Source: Actinomycetota bacterium (GTDB taxonomy: Bacteria; Actinomycetota; Thermoleophilia; Miltoncostaeales; Miltoncostaeaceae). Taken from it: a DNA stretch of 47,109 nucleotides. Made by a program: the position numbers and the translations under genes. Where the stretch lies: contig CANJMX010000001.1 of NCBI GenBank assembly GCA_947475125.1, positions 1 through 47,109 on the forward strand, given 5' to 3'. How positions within the stretch are numbered: position 1 is the first letter of the stretch; each line of letters begins with the position of its first letter. Shown here in pieces: positions 9,078 to 15,664 of this stretch. The notes under the pieces are model-generated. The model had not been told where the DNA came from, made no database searches, and saw only the letters and a list, made by a program, of their open reading frames with translations.

Positions 9078-10165
9078 GCGGCACGACCCTGGTCGCCGCG
9101 CTCAATGCCGTTCGCAACGGCCCTGGCGAAGCGCCAGTACGCGCGCAGCAGTATGCGTACGAGCGGTGATTCGCCGATGGCCCCGAGGAAGGGCGAGTCC
9201 AGGTCGGCCACCAGCCCGGTGGCAAAGGCCGACGAGGTCACCACCCGCCGCGCCTGCACGTGCCGGCGCTCACCCAGCACGCGGGGCAGCGCGGCCAGCA
9301 CCTCGCCCATCGCACGCAGCTTCTCGCGACCCCAGCCGCCTCGCCAGGCCACCACGATCATCAGGGGCTCGATGGCCAGCATCGCAGGGATCACGGGCAG
9401 CAGCAACGGCCCCGGATACGTACGAATGACGGTGAGCCAGCGATTGCGCTCCAGATGGCACCACTTGGAGCCGCCCTTGCGGAACTCGTAGTCGTGCACC
9501 ACCCGGGCGGCGGGGACGAGGCCAAACGGCAGCCCGGCAAGACGAAGCCGATGTGAGAGGTCGGTGTCCTCGAGGTACATGAAGAAGTCGGGCGGGAATC
9601 CGTCCATCGACTCCCAGTGCTCACGCCGGACCGCCAGGCACGCGCCCGAGAGAAACCCCACCGGTTTCGGGGCCACCTCGATGCCGGCAGCGTCAACGCC
9701 GAACCGGCCAGCCCATCCGAAGCCCAGGTAGTGCGCATCATTGCCCGCCGTGTTGACCCGTCCGTCGGGCAGCAGCACCAGGCCCATCCATGCGGCCCAA
9801 GCGTCCGGCCCACGACGGAGGGCGTCCAGGCAGCCCGGTGCGGGAATTGCATCGGGGTTCAGCAGCAGCACGATGTCCTGCTGCACCCGCGCGGCACCCA
9901 CGTTTGCCGCACCCGCGAAGCCGTCGTTCCGGGTGTTCTCCACCACCTCGTCCACCACGTCGTTCCGCGAGAGCGCGTAGGCGGCGCTGCCGTCGTCGGA
10001 CGCGTTGTCCACCACCACCACGCGATCCCCGGGTGACCGCTGCAGCCCCAGCGCATCGAGCAGGGCCGGCAGGGAGTCCATGCTGCAGTACGTCACCACC
10101 ACCACCCCAAGCGTGCCCGGGGCACCGGGTGAGAGATCTGGAGGCGAGGGCAACCGGGCAGGCAT
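9074..10165 (-). CDS. GT2-family glycosyltransferase
   Basis: Motifs: VVVTYCSMDSLPALL, VVVDNASDDGS, LLNPDAIPAPGC. The start is taken at ATG 10165 (MPARLPSPPDL..), which has a TACTCT hexamer 8 nt upstream. The track ORF start at 10282 would overlap the divergent gene. Confidence 0.8.
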   Translation of the reverse strand: MPARLPSPPDLSPGAPGTLGVVVVTYCSMDSLPALLDALGLQRSPGDRVVVVDNASDDGSAAYALSRNDVVDEVVENTRNDGFAGAANVGAARVQQDIVLLLNPDAIPAPGCLDALRRGPDAWAAWMGLVLLPDGRVNTAGNDAHYLGFGWAGRFGVDAAGIEVAPKPVGFLSGACLAVRREHWESMDGFPPDFFMYLEDTDLSHRLRLAGLPFGLVPAARVVHDYEFRKGGSKWCHLERNRWLTVIRTYPGPLLLPVIPAMLAIEPLMIVVAWRGGWGREKLRAMGEVLAALPRVLGERRHVQARRVVTSSAFATGLVADLDSPFLGAIGESPLVRILLRAYWRFARAVANGIERGDQGRAA

Positions 10166-10173
10166 CGGGCTGG

Positions 10174-10179
10174 AGAGTA
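10174..10179 (-). promoter_or_regulatory. Candidate -10 element (TACTCT) placed for a leaderless transcript starting at ATG 10165
   Basis: A TAnnnT hexamer on the minus strand lies 8 nt upstream of the ATG, inside a 58-bp divergent intergenic region. Confidence 0.35.
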
Positions 10180-10211
10180 GAGCACCCGACCTCGCGTCCG
10201 CGCTCCGCGGA

Positions 10212-10217
10212 TAGAGT
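10212..10217 (+). promoter_or_regulatory. Candidate -10 element (TAGAGT) placed for a leaderless transcript starting at GTG 10224
   Basis: A TAnnnT hexamer lies 6 nt upstream of the GTG start. No Shine-Dalgarno sequence can fit in that gap. Confidence 0.35.
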
Positions 10218-10223
10218 CCGACC

Positions 10224-11819
10224 GTGATTCGCGTGCGCCACGAAAGCGAGCCGTCATGGTGGCGGCGCCGACGTCCCGACACGCGGACGGCCGTCTGGAT
10301 CTTCCTCCTCCTGTTCGGCTTCTATGCCCTCTGGGCGGGCGGCCACTCGTATTCGTCCGACGAGGAGGGTGCGTACCAGCAGTCGCGTGCCCTCATGCAC
10401 GGCACGTACGCGCTGGAGATCACGCCGGACAACGCGCCAATCACGGCCCTGCGCACGGGCCGCGACGGCCTGCCAGCCGCCATCGGCGGTATCGGCGCAT
10501 CTGCGGCAGCGGTTCCGCTGCTCGCAGTGGGACGCGTCGCCTCCCGCGCGGCGCCGGCAGACCAGCAGGACCTCATCGAACGCCTCTTCGCCGGTTTCAC
10601 CAATAGCTGGATCACCGCCCTCATCGCCGTCCTCATCTTCCTGATCGCCCGCGAGGTCGGGACCGGACGACGGTCAGCGATCCTGCTCGCGCTGGTCTAT
10701 GGCGTCGGCACGATGGCCTGGCCACATGCGAAGACGCTGCTGTTCTCGGAACCACTCGCGGCGCTCCTCGTCTGCGCGGGCGTGCTCTATGCGATTCGCA
10801 CCGCCCGTCGCGGGATGATGCCGTGGGCATTGCTGTCGGGGCTCGCGATCGGGGCATCGCTGCTCGCACGCATCAGCACCGCCCCCTTCATCATCATCGT
10901 GGCGGCGTATGTCGTGGCGGTACCGCTCGTGCAGGCCGGACTCCGCAGCCGGAGAGCCTGGCGCGACCTGATCCCGCGCACGCTGACCTTCGCGGTTGGA
11001 CTGGCGATCCCGGTGATGATTCTGCTCGCGGTCAATGCCTGGCGATACGGGTCGGCAGGAGACACGGGATACGGGGCGGTGCCGCTGGACTTCTCTCCAC
11101 TCGAGGGCCTCTTCGGACTCATCCTTAGCCCCGGCAAGGGGCTGCTCTGGTATGCACCCGTGCTGCTGGTGGCCATCGTCGCCCTACCGTTTGCCTTCCG
11201 CCGCAAGCCTGCAGAGGTCAGCCTCTTCCTGCTCATCATCCTGGCGAATCTCGCCATCTTCGCCCGGTTCTTCCAGTGGCACGGCGAGCAGGCCTGGGGA
11301 CCGCGGTACATGCAGACCGTGCTCCCCATGGTGGTGCTCATCGTTGCCCCCGTGCTGGTACCCGGCTGCGCCCGGTGGTGGAGACGTGGCCTCGTGATCG
11401 CCGGGGGCATCGGTGCCATCGTCGGCTTTCTCGGGTCGGTCATCTATTTCAACGCGTACTTCGCATTCGCAGGTGCCCGTCTGGGGACGCAGGATGTCAA
11501 TGGCGAGCCGGCCCTCTGGCGCCCCATTCACTTCGACCCCACGTGGTCACCCATCGTTGGGCATGCGCGCCTTCTCAATGACGCCGTCATCGGGACGGCA
11601 GGGCGCATCGACGGCAACGACGTCTCCTTCGGACAGACCGGGGTATTCCCCACCACAGCCGCCGGCCGGTACTCGTGGTACTTCTGGCCGCCACAGCTCG
11701 ACACGTGGTGGTACTGGTTGCTGCCCGAGAAGGCACCGCTCTGGCCGCTCCTGCTGTTCCCGGTGTTCGTCGTCGCCGCGGGAACAGGCCTTCGTGGACT
11801 GCGGCGGGAGTCGGTATGA
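10224..11819 (+). CDS. Polytopic membrane protein, GT-C-fold-like glycosyltransferase, paralogue 2
   Basis: 531 aa. GGHSYSSDEEGAYQQSRAL follows TM1, and FTNSW, LILSPGKG and WGPRYM motifs are shared with 1164..2747. Length and hydrophobicity pattern match the paralogue. Confidence 0.75.
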   Translation: MIRVRHESEPSWWRRRRPDTRTAVWIFLLLFGFYALWAGGHSYSSDEEGAYQQSRALMHGTYALEITPDNAPITALRTGRDGLPAAIGGIGASAAAVPLLAVGRVASRAAPADQQDLIERLFAGFTNSWITALIAVLIFLIAREVGTGRRSAILLALVYGVGTMAWPHAKTLLFSEPLAALLVCAGVLYAIRTARRGMMPWALLSGLAIGASLLARISTAPFIIIVAAYVVAVPLVQAGLRSRRAWRDLIPRTLTFAVGLAIPVMILLAVNAWRYGSAGDTGYGAVPLDFSPLEGLFGLILSPGKGLLWYAPVLLVAIVALPFAFRRKPAEVSLFLLIILANLAIFARFFQWHGEQAWGPRYMQTVLPMVVLIVAPVLVPGCARWWRRGLVIAGGIGAIVGFLGSVIYFNAYFAFAGARLGTQDVNGEPALWRPIHFDPTWSPIVGHARLLNDAVIGTAGRIDGNDVSFGQTGVFPTTAAGRYSWYFWPPQLDTWWYWLLPEKAPLWPLLLFPVFVVAAGTGLRGLRRESV

Positions 11820-12289
11820 GCAGTCCGTGGACGGAGATCCGTACCTGGACCACCACAGCGGGCGCTGTCGGCGTGGTGGCAGCCGTACTGCTGCTGACAG
11901 TGGGCGGCTGTCGTGACGACGGCGTGGTGGCGAGCGCCACCTTCGGGTCGGGCTTCGCATCCGCCGGACCCGGTCGCGTGGTGCTCATCACCCGTGATGG
12001 CGGCGTGGGCATCACCACCACGAAGCAGTTGAACTCCATCACGGTGTCGCTGCAGATGGAATCCACCGAGCGCGTACGCACGGTCGCCCTGATCCTCGAC
12101 GGCACACGTATCGGCTCGGGCAGGATCGCCCCGGGGCATACGACGATCATCTCGGGCAGCGGTGGGCCGCTCGCAATCGGCGGCCACGGCCTGCACGTCG
12201 TGGTGACCCCCGGCACTGCGGTCACACCGGGCGCACCGCGGGCAATCGCCGAAGACCCGGTCACGCTCACCGCCGTGGAGGCCGGATGA
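11816..12289 (+). CDS. Membrane-anchored or possibly lipoprotein partner protein of unknown function
   Basis: ATG 11816 overlaps the upstream stop (ATGA) and is in frame with track ORF 11675..12289. The N-terminus MSSPWTEIRTWTTTAGAVGVVAAVLLLTVGGC has a lipobox-like VGGC. A Gly/Thr/Val-rich ectodomain follows. It has the same position as 2744..3325 but lacks the C-terminal TM helix. Confidence 0.6.
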   Translation: MSSPWTEIRTWTTTAGAVGVVAAVLLLTVGGCRDDGVVASATFGSGFASAGPGRVVLITRDGGVGITTTKQLNSITVSLQMESTERVRTVALILDGTRIGSGRIAPGHTTIISGSGGPLAIGGHGLHVVVTPGTAVTPGAPRAIAEDPVTLTAVEAG

Positions 12290-12423
12290 TCCTCCAGATC
12301 ATCCTCGTTGTGCTCTTCATCGCCGCAGCGGCATTCCCGATCCTGCTGCTGGTCGAATTCGGATCAGGCGATCAGGACGGTGACGGGCCTGACCCGGGCT
12401 CCGGGGGTGCGGCTGACGAGTAG
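12286..12423 (+). CDS. Small single-pass membrane peptide (45 aa), apparently the detached C-terminal TM helix of the upstream protein
   Basis: Not in the ORF track because it is under 60 aa. ATG 12286 overlaps the upstream stop (ATGA). Translation by hand: MILQIILVVLFIAAAAFPILLLVEFGSGDQDGDGPDPGSGGAADE, with TAG at 12421..12423. It mirrors the C-terminal helix of 2744..3325. Confidence 0.45.
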   Translation: MILQIILVVLFIAAAAFPILLLVEFGSGDQDGDGPDPGSGGAADE

Positions 12424-12788
12424 GTCTGGTCGGGGCCCAGTCGCTCTTCGAGCGCGCGCACCCGCTCCTCGGTCATCGCCATGTGCTGCGCGAGGGCAGC
12501 GGCGCGCGCCACCAGCTTCGAAATGACGATCGCCGTGTCGAGAAGCACCAGGCCCAGAGTGATCCCCACCAGCAGGAAGAGCGCCGACGGCGGATAGGCG
12601 ATTCCGAAGGCGCTGGCGAGTGCATCAAGGGCCGCGGGCCACAGGCCGAAGATGATGACCAGCGCCGCAGCGATGAGCCACAGGAGCGCGTAGCGCTCGT
12701 TAAGCCTGCGGGCGCGGATGAGCGACACCAGCGTGATGACGAGCGCAGCGGCGATCACGACGCCGACGATGACCAGACGATTTGTCAC
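12372..12788 (-). CDS. DUF2304-type small membrane protein (GacJ / Rv3632-like accessory subunit of a polyprenyl-phosphate-sugar synthase)
   Basis: 138 aa. The pattern ..LIRARRLNERYALLWLIAAALVIIFGLWP..FGIAYPPSALFLLVGITLGLVLLDTAIVISKL..LAQHMAMTEERVRALEERL is recognised as DUF2304/GacJ-like. The GTG start overlaps the stop of the upstream GT2 (GTGA), the canonical gene pairing. Confidence 0.7.
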   Translation of the reverse strand: MTNRLVIVGVVIAAALVITLVSLIRARRLNERYALLWLIAAALVIIFGLWPAALDALASAFGIAYPPSALFLLVGITLGLVLLDTAIVISKLVARAAALAQHMAMTEERVRALEERLGPDQTYSSAAPPEPGSGPSPS

Positions 12789-13597
12789 TCCGGCTCCTCC
12801 GGTCGCGGGGCGGTGCCGATGCGCTGCACGATCACCGCAAGCGACACCTTCACCATGTAATAGGCCGAGCGCAGCGGTGTGATCGACGAGGTGCCGGTCG
12901 ACCGCTGCAGCATCAGCACCGGGACCTCGGCGATGCGCAGGCCCGCCCGATGTGCGAGCACGAGGGCCTCGACCTCGGGGTAGTCGGGTGGGTAGTGCCC
13001 CGCGAACAACTCAATGGTGGCGCGATCCGCGGCGCGGAAACCCGACGTGGTATCGGTCACCGTCTGGCCCACCGCGGCCGACACGAGCCAGGCCAGAAAC
13101 ACCATCGCACCGCGCCGCGTGCGCGACGTCTCGTACCCGGCGTCGCGCATGAAGCGCGACCCGACGACGTAGTTTGCACCGGCCGCGACCTCGGCGATGA
13201 GGAGACCCATCTGACCTGGCGGGTGCTGCCCGTCGCCATCGACCTGCATGGCCACGTCGTAGCCCTCCGCACGCGCCACCCGGTACCCGGTCTGCACCGC
13301 ATTGCCGATGCCGACGTTGAACGGCAGGCTCACCACCCGCGCGCCCGCGGCGCGGGCGGCAGCTGCCGTGCCATCGGTCGAGCCGTCATCCACCACCAGC
13401 ACATCCACCCGCCCCTGTCCTGCGGCGAGGATGGCGCGCACGACATCGCCGACGGCACCCGCCTCGTTGAGGGCTGGCACGATCGCAAGGCACCGAAGGT
13501 GGGCCGGGATCTCGGCGCCGGGCACGCCCAGCTCGATCACGGGCACGCGGCGACGTGCACGGTCAGGGCGCACCATCCCATGCATAGGGGAGCGCAT
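12785..13597 (-). CDS. GT2 polyprenyl-phosphate-sugar synthase (Dpm1/GtrB/GacI/PpgS-like)
   Basis: Motifs: IVPALNEAGAVGDVV, VVDDGSTDGT, QVDGDGQHPP. A C-terminal amphipathic or hydrophobic segment is present. The start is uncertain (ATG 13597, 13585, 13576 or GTG 13546). Confidence 0.85.
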   Translation of the reverse strand: MRSPMHGMVRPDRARRRVPVIELGVPGAEIPAHLRCLAIVPALNEAGAVGDVVRAILAAGQGRVDVLVVDDGSTDGTAAAARAAGARVVSLPFNVGIGNAVQTGYRVARAEGYDVAMQVDGDGQHPPGQMGLLIAEVAAGANYVVGSRFMRDAGYETSRTRRGAMVFLAWLVSAAVGQTVTDTTSGFRAADRATIELFAGHYPPDYPEVEALVLAHRAGLRIAEVPVLMLQRSTGTSSITPLRSAYYMVKVSLAVIVQRIGTAPRPEEPE

Positions 13598-14216
13598 CGG
13601 CGACGTCGGCCAGCAACGGCGCCTGCCTGTCGCGATCGCTCACCGAATGCGGACCCCCTGGCCACACGATGCCGATCGCCGGGTCGTCGAAGGCGATGGA
13701 CATGTCGCCCTCGGGGTCGTAGTAGGCCGAGCACCGGTAAACCACATCAGCAACCTCGGAGAGCACGAGAAACCCGTGCGCGAAGCCGACGGGGCAGTAC
13801 AGCTGAAGCCCGCGCTCGTCGTCCAGCTGCCACGCCTCCCACCGCCCGTAGGTGGGAGACCCACGGCGGATGTCCACGACCACATCGAGGATCGCACCGC
13901 GAGCGCAGCGGATGAGCTTTGCCTGCGGGTCCGTCACCTGGAAGTGCATCCCGCGAAGAACGGCGGCGGCGGACCGGCTCTGATTGTCCTGCACGAAGTG
14001 ATCGGTGATGCCAAGATCCGCAAATACCGACGCGCGGTAGGTCTCCTGAAACCATCCGCGGGCATCGCCATGGATGGCAGGTTCGATCACGATGACGCCT
14101 GGGAGTTCGGTGCTGAGGGCCTTCAGGATTCCTCCTCGCGGTACGTTGGCTCGGGCACCGAGGTCGGGGTCGGTCAGTCGGGAGGATACCCGGGTGACCC
14201 CGGAGACGCAGGCCAT
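13563..14216 (-). CDS. rmlC: dTDP-4-dehydrorhamnose 3,5-epimerase (RmlC-type cupin)
   Basis: ..LPGVIVIEPAIHGDARGWFQETY..QDNQSRSAAAVLRGMHFQ..KLIRCARGAILDVVVDIRRGSPTYG..LYCPVGFAHGFLVLSE..VVYRCSAYYDPEGD is the classical RmlC signature. ATG 14216 overlaps the flippase stop (TAATG). It gives an N-terminal extension of roughly 25-30 aa, so a later non-canonical start is possible. Confidence 0.9.
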   Translation of the reverse strand: MACVSGVTRVSSRLTDPDLGARANVPRGGILKALSTELPGVIVIEPAIHGDARGWFQETYRASVFADLGITDHFVQDNQSRSAAAVLRGMHFQVTDPQAKLIRCARGAILDVVVDIRRGSPTYGRWEAWQLDDERGLQLYCPVGFAHGFLVLSEVADVVYRCSAYYDPEGDMSIAFDDPAIGIVWPGGPHSVSDRDRQAPLLADVADALPYAWDGAP

Positions 14217-15541
14217 TACCCGCCACGGGCACCAACCCCCGACCGCGCGGCAGACAGGGCCATGCGCGAACCGGCGATAAGGCCATCGCCGGTTCCGCGG
14301 TAGATCCACTCGTGACCCAGAAGCCCAAGAACGGCCGCGACGCCATCGATCGCGATGATCGCATTGGGGCCATTGCCCAAAAGACCCAGCAGAACGACGT
14401 GCAGTAGAGCAAGACCACCGAGAAACCAGGCGAATCGGTGGTCGCCGCGTGCGACGTGGTGATTGACCAAGAGGAACAGCGCGCAGATGAGCGTGCTTGT
14501 CAGCACGTACTGCGGCAGCAGGTCGCCTGCTGAGGCATATGACGCGCCGAATGTCAGGTGCATCACCTGATCGCCCACCACGATGCATGCGAGCGACACG
14601 ATCACGCCGATCGCGGTCGTCACCAGGACGGCGCCGCCGAGCAGGGCCCCGGTGGGAACATCACGGCTGCGGCGCGATGCGATCCGGGGAAGCAGGACAA
14701 CGGTGAGAGCCTGCGGCGCGATGATCATCGCGCGCGCGAGAACACCGGCAGCGCCGAAGTAGCCGGCATCAACCGGAGTCAGCCGGAGCCGTGCAACAAC
14801 AACCCCGAGGCCGAAGATGCTTGCGAAGCCGAGGAGCCCCACCACAGTGGCGCCCATTCCCCTGGTGACCGACCGCCAGATCGGCGCGGGCACGTGCGCA
14901 CGAATGCGCAAGTCGCCCCGCGTGTGCCACATAGCGATGAGCACGCCGACCGCCAACGCGATGCCTGTCGCGAGCACCACCGGGGTGGCCCCGACGACAG
15001 GCAGCAGCAGCAGCGGCAGAATCAGGAGGGCCCGCAGCACACCGGTCGCCGCGAAGGCGGCCGCGTAGGCCCCATAGCGGTGCCGGCCCTGGAGCGCACC
15101 GAGGACAACCGCAAGAGGGAGCATGGGAATGGCACTGAGCGCCGTGGCCACCACGGCCCAGACGGGTACACCGAACCCTGCTGCCGAGACGACGAGCGTG
15201 ATGGTGATGGCGATCGCCGCCAGCACCACGGCCAGAGCGGTGGCACGTACGAGCGCGTGCCGGTAGACGGCGAGCACCCCCGGTCGATCGGCGGCACCGT
15301 GCGCCGCGAACGTGCGCGCCATGGACCACTGCAGCGACAGGGACGGCCAGCCGATGATCGCGATCACCGCGATCATCGCACTGACAAGTCCATACGTCGC
15401 AGGCCCGACCATGCGACCGGCGATCAGGTAATAGGCATAGCTTCCAATGCCCCAGGCGACGAGCGACACCCCGACAATGCTGGTGCTGCGGACCGCGCCG
15501 GGTGCGACGTCCCCGGCATCTGCTGGAGGGTCCGCGCGCAT
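14216..15541 (-). CDS. Wzx/MOP-superfamily flippase (GacK-like position)
   Basis: Polytopic ORF. The start is taken at ATG 15541 (MRADPPADAGDV..), giving 441 aa. The N-terminal region ..SLVAWGIGSYAYYLIAGRMVGPATYGLVSAMIAVIAI is typical of MOP flippases. Confidence 0.8.
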   Translation of the reverse strand: MRADPPADAGDVAPGAVRSTSIVGVSLVAWGIGSYAYYLIAGRMVGPATYGLVSAMIAVIAIIGWPSLSLQWSMARTFAAHGAADRPGVLAVYRHALVRATALAVVLAAIAITITLVVSAAGFGVPVWAVVATALSAIPMLPLAVVLGALQGRHRYGAYAAAFAATGVLRALLILPLLLLPVVGATPVVLATGIALAVGVLIAMWHTRGDLRIRAHVPAPIWRSVTRGMGATVVGLLGFASIFGLGVVVARLRLTPVDAGYFGAAGVLARAMIIAPQALTVVLLPRIASRRSRDVPTGALLGGAVLVTTAIGVIVSLACIVVGDQVMHLTFGASYASAGDLLPQYVLTSTLICALFLLVNHHVARGDHRFAWFLGGLALLHVVLLGLLGNGPNAIIAIDGVAAVLGLLGHEWIYRGTGDGLIAGSRMALSAARSGVGARGG

Positions 15542-15576
15542 CAGTTGGGCAGTGGAAGGGTGATCAGCACTCCCGC

Positions 15577-15582
15577 ACGATA
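15577..15582 (-). promoter_or_regulatory. Candidate -10 element (TATCGT) for the flippase-rmlC-GT2-DUF2304 operon
   Basis: A TAnnnT hexamer on the minus strand lies 35 nt upstream of ATG 15541, in the only AT-richer patch of the 119-bp divergent spacer. Confidence 0.25.
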
Positions 15583-15588
15583 CAAAGG

Positions 15589-15608
15589 GGTCGGCGCCCG
15601 GGCCGACC
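15589..15608. promoter_or_regulatory. Inverted repeat GGTCGGC-n6-GCCGACC between two divergent candidate -10 elements (possible operator)
   Basis: Perfect 7-bp arms at 15589..15595 and 15602..15608, read directly from the sequence. Confidence 0.3.
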
Positions 15609-15617
15609 CGCAGCAGG

Positions 15618-15623
15618 TAGCGT
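15618..15623 (+). promoter_or_regulatory. Candidate -10 element (TAGCGT)
   Basis: A TAnnnT hexamer lies 8 nt upstream of ATG 15632. This is the same spacing seen at the other putative leaderless starts in the window. Confidence 0.3.
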
Positions 15624-15631
15624 GCGGGGCC

Positions 15632-15664
15632 ATGCAAGCCCTTCGTGAAGGCAGGTCGCGATGA
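15632..15664 (+). promoter_or_regulatory. Candidate leaderless 10-codon upstream ORF (MQALREGRSR*) whose stop overlaps the ATG of the downstream methyltransferase gene
   Basis: Hand translation: ATG CAA GCC CTT CGT GAA GGC AGG TCG CGA TGA. TGA 15662..15664 overlaps ATG 15661..15663 (ATGA). Confidence 0.25.

Noticed and set aside
14217-14588. 5' 124 codons of track ORF 13563..14588 (extended rmlC)
   Set aside because: It overlaps the flippase 3' end in another frame with Arg-rich sequence. The RmlC signature begins well downstream, and ATG 14216 forms a TAATG junction with the flippase stop.
12782-15664. Plus-strand ORFs 12782..13915 (377 aa), 13302..14303 (333 aa) and 14558..15664 (368 aa)
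   Set aside because: They are antisense to the GT2, rmlC and flippase genes, with extreme Arg/His/Gly/Asp composition. Only the last 10 codons of 14558..15664 were kept, as a speculative uORF.
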